DNA of 64,000 nucleotides from Selaginella moellendorffii (lineage: Eukaryota; Plantae; Lycopodiophyta): contig NW_003314272.1 in assembly GCF_000143415.4 (NCBI RefSeq), positions 2,133,728 through 2,197,727 of the forward strand, in the 5' to 3' direction. Positions 1 to 11,135 of the stretch are shown in pieces. Under the pieces are notes generated by a model. That model searched no databases and had not been told where the DNA came from. It worked only from the letters and a program-made list of their open reading frames with translations. The first letter of the stretch is position 1; each line of letters opens with the position of its first letter. The translations under genes and the position numbers were made by a program.

Positions 1-2446
1 CATGTCGCATGAAATAAGGTTGACCATGTTAGCAATCATAAGTTGTTGTGCTTGTAGAATTCTCTGGCAGCCACCCCTCTTCGATCCTTTCCAATGTTGT
101 GTTGATGTAAGTGTCGAAAGATATGAATGTGCCATCTAGATCATCACTAATGTGTGGTGCCAAGAACTTCTTATAGTTTGCGTGATGTACACAGCCCTTC
201 TCATCATGTTCTCAAATAGTTTTGGCAGTCCTTTTTCTCTGTTCATCAAGCAAACATTGAGGAACTCCAGAGTCTCTATCTGTTGCTTATATGGAAGCTT
301 CGATTTTGTGATATTGTAAATCATGTCATCTGGAGTTTTGTTCATTGCAAAAGTAACATATGCATAATTAAGAAAAATGAAGTGTGATAAGAAACTTACA
401 TTCATGAGAAGAAATTTTGGCTATAGTCTCTAGCCACTCCTTTGGCCTGTGATTGTCTACAATACATACTAGTTTCTTCAACTTTGAGGATTTTGCATGT
501 TGAATTTTGTGCTCAATTTGTACAAACTCAGCTGAGAGCTCTTCTCGATTCTTCTCTGGATATGCAAGTTCGTAGGCATCTTGCTTGACCTTCACCAAAG
601 GCTAAAAACCAAAACAATTAAAAGAGGCTTTTATAAAATAAAAGGGAAAGACATACCTTACACCACACAGCGAGTATAAAACTGATTGGGTTGTTGAACC
701 AAGTTGTACTGTCATTTCAAGTGCATAAGTGCTGAACAAGTGTTGCGAGATCATCATCATAATGTTGGCGGATGTCATCCTCACTCAAGTCTGCCAAAAA
801 TTGAAGTTATTCGATGTCATGGACAAGGTTTTTTTTTACCTCTAACTCCACTTTAACTTGTTTTGTTGTGTTTAAATGTAGGCTTGGGCAGTTCGCTGTT
901 CAAAAACTATAAAACTTACGCATTGATCTTTTGGCAAGCCAAGATAAGTCTGTTGACATCCAAAGGTCCCCTCGCATAGGCATGGCCGACTAGAATGTTG
1001 ATATGGTAGATGGGATCATCGCAAAAATGATCGTCAATACACTTCATCCAAGTTCCATATCAGTTGTTACCATCAATAATTTCCCCATAAGTTGTCGAGT
1101 CTCAGGATGTCTGATAAGCATGTCATCAAATTCTAGGGACTTCCTCCTCCAAATAGGATCCTAGCTATTCACAATCTTGGGTGTGATAGTAATGATCTCC
1201 GTTGTTCCTGGCTTGCAAAAACAGACTAGAAACATACCAATATTTGTTGCAAGGCCATTCTGTTTGAACAAGCTGTATATATTTGAGTTCATATATTTGG
1301 ATGCTATGCGGACAAAGTTCGTCTACTGCAAACAGCAAAGGGGGATTTCTCTAATCAAGTCATAAGGGCCTGGCCACTTGAGTGCTTCAAGTGTTTGGTG
1401 AACTGTTTTTTTCCTTGTCCACATAATAGTCTCTTGGAAGCGCTTGTCCACCATATTGTCAGGAAGGTCTGCAACTCTTTCAGCTCTAGGCTCTTCCTCA
1501 AGTTCCATATCGTGAACACCACTAGATTGCCCAACTTTAGGGATTTGCATTGGTGGTGGTGGCAGTGGCGGCGGGGGCAGAGGCAATAGTGGTAGTGGTG
1601 GTGGCAATGGTGGTGGTGGCAGTGGCGATGGTAGTGGTGGAGGTGGTGATGGCAGAGGTGATGGTGGTGGAGGCGGTGAATCTCAAACTAAATGTGTCTC
1701 TGTTGTGCCAATTGTCGATCGTGATATCATTAGATTGAACTTCTCGTGTCTTCTTGGCTCCAACAACCTTTTTATGTGTTACAATTTTCCTTTTCTGCAA
1801 GAGAAAAAATTTTGTTAGTCAAACTAAATAAAGATAATGAGAAATTCAAACAGTTAAAGTAAATCAAGTGGGCCTAGACTCCACCTCGGGCACTTTAGTT
1901 GCCTAAGGCGCTGAGGTTATTCAAATAACCTCAGCCCCCTGGGCAGCCAAAGTGCCCGAGGTGGCCAGCCCGAGCTCAACCTCGGGCAATTTGGCCAAGG
2001 TTATTCATATAACCTCGGCCCCTCAGCTAGCAAAACTACCCGAGGTGGCCGGCCCGAGCTCGACATCAGGCAGTTTGGCCACCCGAGGGGCCGAGGTTAT
2101 TCAAATAACCTTGGCCCCTCGGCCAGCAAAACTGCCCAAGGTGGTGGGCCCGAGCTCGACCTCGGGCAGTTTGGCCACCCGAGGGGCCGAGGTTATTCAA
2201 ATAACCTCGGCCCCTCGGCTAGCAAAACTGCCCGAGGCAGTCGGCCCACACTTAACCTCAGGCAGTTTGGCCACCCGAGGGGCCGATGTTTTTCAAATAA
2301 CCTCAGCCCCTCAGCCAGCAAAACTGCCCGAGGTGGCCAGCCCTAAAGAAGCAATCAAGAAAAAACAAGAAGAAAAAATGGAAGTGGAAGCAATCAAATC
2401 GAAACTCACCCTTAGTGGCATCTTTCCTTCCTAATTTCTTGATCAT
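1..2446 (-). pseudogene. Accessory gene of MULE-like copy A (ParB-like N-terminal part; runs off the window start)
   Basis: Short first exon MIKKLGRKDATK|gtgagt (2446-2410), then a poly-Pro exon and KRFQET...LKW...IREIPLC. The minus strand near 1035-1080 reads IIDGNN*YGTWMKCID (TGA probably from CGA). Colinear with the copies at 11191+ and 27337+, with short GT-AG introns. Confidence 0.8.
1883..2341. repeat. About 5 tandem GC-rich hairpin units (~96-bp period) in intron 1 of accessory gene A
   Basis: Each unit contains the palindrome CCGAGGGGCCGAGGTTAT-TCAA-ATAACCTCGGCCCCTCGG, flanked by CCTCGGGCAGTTT...AAACTGCCCGAGG. The 32-aa repeat in ORF 1952-2434 reflects this period. Confidence 0.85.
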
Positions 2447-2461
2447 GCTGGATTTCTTGTG

Positions 2462-2745
2462 CACTCAATCTCTCCCGCTCGTGCGCTCAATCTCTCCCGC
2501 TCCTGCGCTCAAACTCTCCTGCTCACGCGCTCAATCTCTCCTGCTCGCGCATTCAATCTCTCAATCTCTTGCACACTCAATCGCTCGATCTCCTTCGTGC
2601 TCAATCCCTTGATCTCCTTCGTGCTCAATCCCTCGATCTCCTTCACGCTTAATCTCTCGATCTCTCGTGCGCTCTCGGTGCGAACAGTAACCTAATCTTG
2701 GCAGCTACCCTAACCCTAATCCTGACAGCTGCCCTAACCCTAACC
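2462..2745 (-). promoter_or_regulatory. Putative promoter/5' region of accessory gene A: CT-rich short repeats plus telo-box-like CCCTAA repeats
   Basis: CTCAATCTCTC-type repeats at 2462-2680 and CCCTAACCCTAA at about 2708 and 2732. Equivalent TTAGG(G) runs sit upstream of copies B (10289-10306) and C (~27263-27279). Confidence 0.4.
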
Positions 2746-3565
2746 AATCTCTCATCCTGGCCATTCATTCCGAATAACCTAAATCTCAACCATCACAATA
2801 TCTTTGATCTTATTTTATCTTATCATTATTATTATATGTAAATTATGCTTCTTTATTTTTTATATTTTAACGATGGTATAACTAGCACCTATCAACATTT
2901 CTGTTATTAGAGATATGATATTATATTTTACAAATTATTTAGAAAGGATGCATTCTCATCAATATTTTGTGCATATTTTGGAATCGTTACAAGAACTTTA
3001 AAGAGTATAAATAAGGCATGTTAAAATATATTTTACTATATCCATCTATGAATGGATGAATCCTCATCCAGAAATTTATTTTGTGTTGTATTAGATCCTA
3101 AATAATAGGCATGTGCTTTAAATGTCATTTGAGCAGTGTTCACAATTATGGATAAAACTTGAGTTGTACTACAAATTAAATTTGTCATTGAAGAATAAGA
3201 TTTGACAAGATTTATTATCATCTACCACTTAAAATTTGACAACTTGACATATCACACGTGCTAATAGTTAGATTGGATCTCTTGGTTTGACACGTTATAG
3301 TAGAATGTCATTACTGGTATCATTATTAACTATCAAACTTCACATGCTGAAAATCTTTCCTTGGATCTATGTGTATGCATGCATCAGACATCATAATAGA
3401 TGACAGTAATATTAATACTGTCACACTTGAATATGTTAAATTTGCTATAAAATTTAAATTCATTTTGTACGTTGTCTTCTTATTACTCTATTTAAATTTC
3501 AATTATGTTTCACTATGGATTTTTACAAGTAGCATAAAGAGAGAGAATACCAAAACCTATTGAGA

Positions 3566-5971
3566 ATGATGGAGAGGTTTCTTCTTCATTTTCGAGATCA
3601 CCCACTTCTTTTATTCTCTCAGAGGATTGTTTCTGAAAGTTTTTTATATCGGCATTTTGATCTTTGTCTTAGCTCTATTTCTTTAGAGGCTATGATTTGC
3701 AACGACACTGGTATAGTTGCATACTCAGAGTTTCTTCTTTCTGGTGTGGGCAAGGGTGGACAACAATGGGATTTATAGAATTCCAAGTCAAAGAAAATTC
3801 AAGTGTTTGGATCTCCAATCAAAATGCTAAAATGCGCTCCAACTAAAGTGAATGTGAAGCAAGAGTTAGTCGTTATCCTCTTGTCCTCTTCTAATTCAAG
3901 TGGAGAAGTCATGCTAGTGTCGGTGCCGAATTCACCAGCTCCAGCTCCAACTTCAGCAATATTCAAAGCCGTTAGCAATGCTTTCCAGTTTTCACGCCTC
4001 TTAATCAACGTGCACTTGTTTTTGTATAGGCTTGTGAGTGAGCTTCCATCCTCCTACAACGGCAACATTTTCTTCGAGCTACCACCTCTTGTCAGAAGCA
4101 CAGGTTCCAAACGGAAGGGGATGGAAACCAAACAGGATGTCCACAATTGGTGCAAGATCAAGACCACACACTTCCAACATTTTGAAGGCATAGTGTCTAT
4201 AGTTCATTGTGGCGGGCATTTAGATTGTGTGGATGAAGCATGCAATCTAGACCGCTCTAGAAACTCTATATTTCTCAAAGGGTCTACAGTTAATCCTCAA
4301 GCCTGTGACACCATTGCTGTTGGATTCAAATGTCGATTCTACAAAAATGCTCCTCTATGTCGTGCTATCTACAAGGCCAAGATGTACTACTTTCTTCCAT
4401 GGGATGGAGTGGCTAGAAGAGCTGTAGTGCATGTTGGCACATATATGCATCCAATGCAAGAAGGGATACAAAAGAGTTCTCTTAAACGTTTCAAAGATGT
4501 TGTGCAAGAAGAGATTATGAGAAACTCATCTGCAACTCCGAAGCATATTCAGAAGACCATCCTCAAGGATTTTATCACAAACACCTTACTCAATCCAAGT
4601 TGCCAAAAAACTTAACTAAACGAGGCTAGCTTGTGGGACTTACTACGAGGAGTACAACTTGCTACTAGCCTAAGGAGGTACATTCGTTATTTTTTATAAT
4701 AATAATTTTTTCTTACATTATATTGTTTAGGATAAAATCTTGAATGTGTGAATCTCGAGAAGGGAAGTTGCAATTAAAAATTGACTTTATCTTTGAATTG
4801 AAATGGACCTGTCCATACGAGTTCATCCATGGAAGTTTGTTTCTAGACCAAGTTGTGAATGAGCAAGAGCACCCTTTCATCTTCAAAATGTTTACCATGG
4901 GCCTTGCCTCTGATGTAAATCTTGTCTCCCGAATGGACATGTTTAGGTCTAGTGACCTTGCAAATGCATTGGTACATTTTGACCATATGGAGCGCGTATC
5001 AGGTTGGACAACCATGGGAGCTCATGTGTATGATCCAAGGTAATTTTTATTCTCATTATATTGAAATTGTTATAATATTTGTGTTTTTATAGGCTATGTT
5101 GTAAGTTAACAATTGCAACAACAGAGTTTAAAGTACAAGCCCAGACAGCACAAGAAATATTTTGGAAGTCCCTCTCTGATATTGTCCTAAAGCGGACTGG
5201 TAAGCTTGCAAACTTTCACGGTTTTATGGCAGATGGGGCTGGTGTAAACTGGAATGGTATCCGAGTAGTTTTTGGGAATGGTCAGCTATTGGAAGGTCGT
5301 GAGAGGACTTGTGAGTTCCATTGGGCTCAAAGCCTAAACCAGCACTGCCACCTTATCAAGCCAGAGTTTCAATCAATATTTAAGGAGTTGTGCAAACAAT
5401 GGCAGGTTGCACCTTCTGAAGAAGAGCATGAGGCAAAAGCAAACGAGATTCGAATTTGGTGGCGTGAAGATGGCCATATAGACATAAGTTGCATACCACA
5501 ACTTGAGTCATGGTTAGGATGGTGGGAAGTTAGGATATTCTAGTGGGGATATCACTCTTTTCAGGTTGGTTTGTATTTTTTCTTCTCCTTTTATTACCTT
5601 TTAATATTCCCTTTTCCATTAGGATCAACCACTTGAGGACCTCGCATACACCCCAACTGTGAATCTCTCCGAAAGTAAGCACTAGAGTTGGCATTCCTCT
5701 AAGGCAGGGAAAGGGAAGATGAGTCTATATAAAACCTATCTATCAAATTTAGTACGTGCTATAGAGCAATCTTCAAAAGCACTGGCATTTGAGGAAGGAA
5801 GCTATATGGGAACAGGGCCTTCTGTTAAGATGTTACATGATAGGATGAAGAGAAAATTAATTCCACCCGCCCGAACAGTGGCAACTGCAATTGAGGAAGT
5901 GGTCCGTAGCACATATATGGAGTACACTCCCTGAGCTTCTATTGGTGATATGAAGACTGTCTACTCAAAGG
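3566..5971 (+). pseudogene. MULE (Mutator-superfamily)-like DDE transposase, copy A, truncated by the next element
   Basis: N-terminal Cys/His region (CGGHLDC...C; HVGTYMHP), catalytic-core motifs FHGFMADGAGVNWNGI, ERTCEFHW and PTVNLSESKH (~5653-5682). Introns at about 4678-4730, 5040-5092 and 5565-5622. In-frame stops. Confidence 0.75.
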
Positions 5972-6614
5972 AGCGTGGACCATACTTGAGCTTACGAGCT
6001 GAAGAGTTGAGCTCATGAGTTGAGCTCAATTTTCAATTGTAATTTAGTACAAATATTATAAAATTTAAAATTTTAAAGTTATGGCGAACTTAATAATTTC
6101 ATAACTCTCTATATATTATATAGATAAAATTGTTCTAAAGGACACTTCTTGTTCTAATAATTTAAATATTTACTACATGCAATAATAGAGACATTTGTTA
6201 GAATATAAAATAAAATGTTTGCAAAAAGAGTATTCTTGTCACTTCTTTAAATTTGTACTCTGTGCTTTCTAGCTAGTAAATGTTAGGTTTGTCAGAATTT
6301 TAAAATTATTAAATTTGAATTAAGATTCTATATAAGGCCATATAACCATTTGAAAGGGAAAAAAAACAACTGTGATGGTACATATGCTCTCACAATACAT
6401 TGTAACATCATACACCCGAAAGACTATCACGAAATATTTTTTTAGAAGGTAAAGACAAAAATGGAGACTCACAAATACTATGGGCAGTATTGCGAAAAGA
6501 ACCTCACAAGTATATAAAATGAAAAGTGAAATAATAAAATATTTTTATTAATTATATAAGGTATAATTAGTTTATATTATTGATAGAGAATAAACATCAA
6601 TATTGCTAAAAAAT

Positions 6615-8611
6615 CTAATTAGCTCCAAAAGTTTTCTGCAACTCGGCAATAGTAAGGCTTGCTTGGTGTATATGAATATCCACTTTAGGATCTTGGTGCA
6701 AGATGTTGATGAAGATGTAGTACATATGCTTACAAGGAGCATATACCTTCCTATGTTCCTCGCACTTCGTAAAGTTTGGACATGTGCAAGAAGAAAAGTC
6801 TTGAATGGCAATTGTGTACTTTCCACCTTCTGTTTTGACTGTGTACTCCTTCGCGAGCACAGTGATGTACTTGATGGAGAGAATCTCACACTTAAGTGTT
6901 TGACCCAAGTTTATTTTACCTTGCTTCCACCATTCCAATTAGCCCCATCCTCATCTGCCACGAAACCGCGAAAGTTGGCAGGCTTACCAGTCCGCTTCAA
7001 TACAATGTCGGAGAGCAACTTCCAAAATATTTCCTGAGCCATCTAGTCTTGTACTTTAAATTCTACCGTTGCAATTGTCAAGTTACAATGTAGCCTATGA
7101 AGAACACAATATTTAAAACCATTTTAAGATAATGAGAAAAAAAACTACCTCGGATCATATACATGAGCTCCCATGGTTGTCCAACCCGCCACCCGCTCTA
7201 TATGGTCAAAATGTACCTATGCATTAGCAAAGTCACTCGACCTAGACATATCCATTTGGGAAACAAGATCCACACCAGAGGCAGGGCCCATGGTAGACAT
7301 TTTGAAAATGAAGGGGCGCTCTTGCTCACTAACGACTTGATCTGGAAATAAATTACCATGGATAAACTCATAGGGACAAGTCCATTTTAATTCAAGGATT
7401 GAGTCGATTTTTTATTGGAGTTTCCCCTCTCGAGATTCACACATCCAAGACTTTATCCTAAATAAAACAAAATGTAAGAGAGATATTATTGAAAAGTATG
7501 TAATAATATTTTCATACCTCTTGAGGCTAGTTGCAGATTGCACATGTCATAGTAACTCCCGCAAGCTAGCCTCATCCAGTTGAGTATTCTTGTAGTCCGG
7601 ATCAAGTAAAGTATTTGCGATAAAATCCTTAAGCACTATCTTTTGAACATGCTTCGAAGTTGCAGATGAGTTTCTCACAGTCTCTATCTGCACTGCATCT
7701 TTGAAATGGTTGATTGAACTCCTTTGTATCCCTTCCTGCATTGGATGTGTGTGCGTGCCAATATGTACTGCATCTCTACTAACCTCTCCATCCCGTGGAA
7801 GAAAATAGTACATCTTGGCCCCGCAGATGGCACGACACAATGGAGCATTCTTGCAAAACCGACACTTGAATCGAACACCAATGGTGTCACAGAGGGGAGG
7901 ATTGGTTGTAGATCCTTCAAAAAATATGGAGTTTTTACCACGCTCTCGATTGCATGCTTTATTTACACAATCCAAATACCCACCACAATGAACCATGGAC
8001 ATTGTGCCTTTGAAATGCTGGAAATGTGTGGTCTTGATCTTGCACCAGTTGTGGACATCCTGCTTCATCTCCATCCCCTTTCGTTTTGAGCTGACAAGAG
8101 GTGGTAGTTCAAAGAAGATATTGCCATTGTATGTAGATGGGAGCTCACTAACAGGCCTATGCAGAAAGGAATGAACATCAATAGAGAGGCGGGAAAACTG
8201 GAAAGCGTTGCAAACAGCTTGGAATATCAATGAAGTTGGAGTTTGGAAATTCTTGGCTCGCACTGGACTAACATCTCCACTAGAACTAGAAGAGGAAAAA
8301 ATGATGATGACTGACTCTTGCTTCACATTCACTTTAGTAGGATCACAGCCTCGCACTTTGATTGGAGATCCAAAAACTTGAATCTCTTTCGACTTGGAAT
8401 GTTGGAAATCCCAATGTTGTCCATCTTCACCTACACCTGAAAGAAGAAACTCCGATCGTTCAACTACACCAATGTTGTTGCAAATCACAACTTCCAATAA
8501 AATAGAACTGAGAGAAAGATCAAAATGTCGGCAAAGAAAACTTTATGAAATAAGACTTTAGGAGAAAGAAAGCGGTGGGTGATTTTGGTAATGCAAAAGG
8601 AAGCCCTCCAT
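6615..8611 (-). pseudogene. MULE-like transposase copy B, internally deleted, with C-terminal SWIM zinc finger
   Basis: ORF 7547-8497 is highly similar to ORF 3803-4615. The region ends in SWIM motif SCTCPNF...PCKHMYYIF (6615-6938). The ERTCEFHW and E-motif region is missing near 6950. Confidence 0.8.
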
Positions 8612-8773
8612 TTTGTTGCTTTTAGGTTTGGGAACTCTGAACTTTTATAACGAAATGTCACCTCACATGTGCCATGCCATTATGTGAAAAGATAGGGCGA
8701 TTTTATTCTAGGATTTAACATCGAATAATGCTGTTATAATAAATTCTATATGAAGTATATAGGACTATGTTGT

Positions 8774-9503
8774 TGTAGCGCATGTGATCATGGGATGAGA
8801 TTTGGATATACTGTCACCATGGATCCTTGGAACCTTGGGGGATAAATGGGGATAAAATAGCCACTAAGGGCTCTCTCATCAAGCAATTGCCCCTTTTCCA
8901 ATTGGCTTAAGGGGAGAGAGATAATGTGTGCTACAATTGGTATCGGAGCAAATGGCACGGGTTCGATTCCCATTGATTAGTGGCTACTTAAAAGTATAAT
9001 ATACCCTTGAGCAAGGTATATTCCTACCACTAAAATTTGAAATCGTACGTATTGGGCATCCATGCGTACGTTCTTCCTCTTGTGTAGAGTATCCACGGAC
9101 GAAGGTATCCACCGTGGGACTGCGGTACGGATGGATGACTAATTGCCTCATATGGAATAGCTGGTCTACACAATGGAAGGATTGGTAGATTGACTAGTTG
9201 CCTCACATGGAATAGCTGGTCTACACAATTGAAGGATTGGTAGATTGAGTGCGAAAATGGAGGTGCTGGTTCCCCTTGGCTCAGTAGGGGTTATTAGTTA
9301 ATAGTGAATGAGGACATTGACATTTTTGAAGGGGGGGTGAGTGTAGCGCATGTGATCATGGGATGAGATTTGGATATACTGTCACCATGGATCCTTGGAA
9401 CTTTGGGGGATAAATGGGGATAAAATAGCCACTAAGGGCTCTCTCATCAAGCAATTGCCCCTTTTCCAATTGGCTTAAGGGGAGAGAGATAAGGTGTGCT
9501 ACA
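8774..9503 (+). mobile_element. Complete TRIM (non-coding mini LTR retrotransposon), 730 bp
   Basis: Two 162-bp LTRs (8774-8935 and 9342-9503, TG...CA), PBS TGGTATCGGAGC (iMet-type) after LTR1, PPT GAAGGGGGGG before LTR2, 5-bp TSD GTTGT. Confidence 0.95.
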
Positions 9504-9986
9504 GTTGTACAATATTAAAAGTCTATATACATTAAATTCAAAAACATACTCAAATTTATTATATGCACTAACTTTTGGTAGAACGGAAAGAAATATCGCC
9601 TCAAGCATGTGTCATAATATGAAAGATAGGAATGATTTTATTTTAGGATCTACCATCAACCAATTGTTGCCAAATAAATTAAATATTGTACATATTTTTA
9701 GTACTTCATTAAAGCTAGATATCATCACATTCTTCTAAACTCATTTAAATATATTCCATCTTTGTACTACCATCTATCACCTATAGTAAATTATCTATAT
9801 ACATTGCTTTGGAAATAACACTTTACGATTTAATAATCTTATATTTTCTAACAATGTCGTACTGTAATCAATTCAACACATGCGTCTGTGACATTATTTC
9901 AAATTATGATATAGTCATATTAGAGCACACCTCCATTATTAAATTACACTTTGTCACTTTATCACTTTGTCACGTGATCAAATCTA

Positions 9987-10156
9987 TGTAAGCAACCAAA
10001 AGGAACGACTCGAGAGACGATCCGTTCGGTATCAAATTTGGAGGGAAAAGGCCCATGAACAAGAGTGCACCCCCTTTTCCAATCGGTTAAGGGTTTTGGG
10101 ATATTTGGGGTTAAGCGTCTTTGGGTTTAAATCTAGGGCGGAATAGAAATTATACA
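9987..10156 (+). mobile_element. Probable short LTR remnant related to 62169-62365
   Basis: Starts TGTAAGCAACCAAAAGGAA and aligns by eye with the TGTAAGGAACCAAAGGGAA... LTR at 62169. No TSD. Confidence 0.4.
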
Positions 10157-10278
10157 GTGCTAGATTTATTATTTATAGTACAGTGAAGATTTACTGCATC
10201 CACGATGAACAGCGTATAACAGTGCTAGATTTATTATTTATTGTACAGTGAAGATTTACTGCATCCACGATGAACAGC
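10154..10278. repeat. Tandem duplication of a ~60-bp unit upstream of accessory gene B
   Basis: ACAGTGCTAGATTTATTATTTA...GATTTACTGCATCCACGATGAACAGC occurs twice with a 65-bp offset. Confidence 0.85.
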
Positions 10279-10399
10279 TGTGATAAAAGTTAGGTTAGGG
10301 TTAGGGCAACCGCCAGCATTAGGGTTTTATAGAAAGTAGAGCAGGAGATTGGGAGTGACTGCAGAGTAAGTTTTTTCTCCTCCTCCACTCCCTCTCCTC

Positions 10400-11135
10400 C
10401 CCGCACAGCGCCGGCGCACCCAGCGCACCCGCACTCACGCTACGCCCAGCGCCGCCACGCCCAACACTACCGCGCCCACACCATGCCATGCTCAGCACCG
10501 CCACTACCTAGGGCTGCCAAGCGCTGCCCACTGCCATGCCACGCCCAGCACAGCACTGCCTAGGTCCGCCGCTGCCCCGCATCGCCCACGCCACGCCACG
10601 CCAGCGCCGCACTGCCTAGGGCCACCGCTGCCCAGCACCGCCACTGCCAAGTGCCCAGGCCGGGCATTTGGCTGGGCACTCCGCCTGGGCCAGCCATGGC
10701 AGGCCGGTATGCCGGCAAACCAGTGCCAAAGCCAACTGCCTGCACCAAGTCTGTGCAGGCTAGCCAAGGCACTTGGCCGGCAAAGGCGCCAAGTGCTTGT
10801 GCCAAATGCCCACGCTGGGCATTTGGCACGAGCCAGCCAAGTCCAAGTGCCCAGGCCAAGGGTCCCGAGGCACTTGGCGTGCACCGGCCTTGGCGCTTGG
10901 TGCGGGCGCCGGTCCGCCTCCAAGTGCCAAGGCCGGCTGGGGCCAAATGCCCGGGACTGGCACTTGGTGCGAGCCGGCCTTGGCGCTTGGAGGTGGGCTG
11001 GTTCGCCAGCGAACTGGTCCACCTCCAAGCGCCAAGGCAAGGTTCTCAGGCGGTTGGCCTTGGCGCGGGCCGGCCAAGGTGCTTGGGGGTGGCCTGGTTC
11101 GCCAGCGAACCGGCGCCTGTACCAAGCCCACACCC
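10400..11135. repeat. GC-rich degenerate repeat array (CTTGGC/GCCAAG core) in intron 1 of accessory gene B
   Basis: Many GCACTTGGC, GCCAAGTGC and CCTTGGCGCTTGG motifs on both strands, between the gtaag donor (~10366) and the ttttcag acceptor (11190). Confidence 0.7.

Noticed and set aside
8774-9503. TRIM as a Cassandra element
   Set aside because: I see no 5S rRNA-like sequence in the LTRs.
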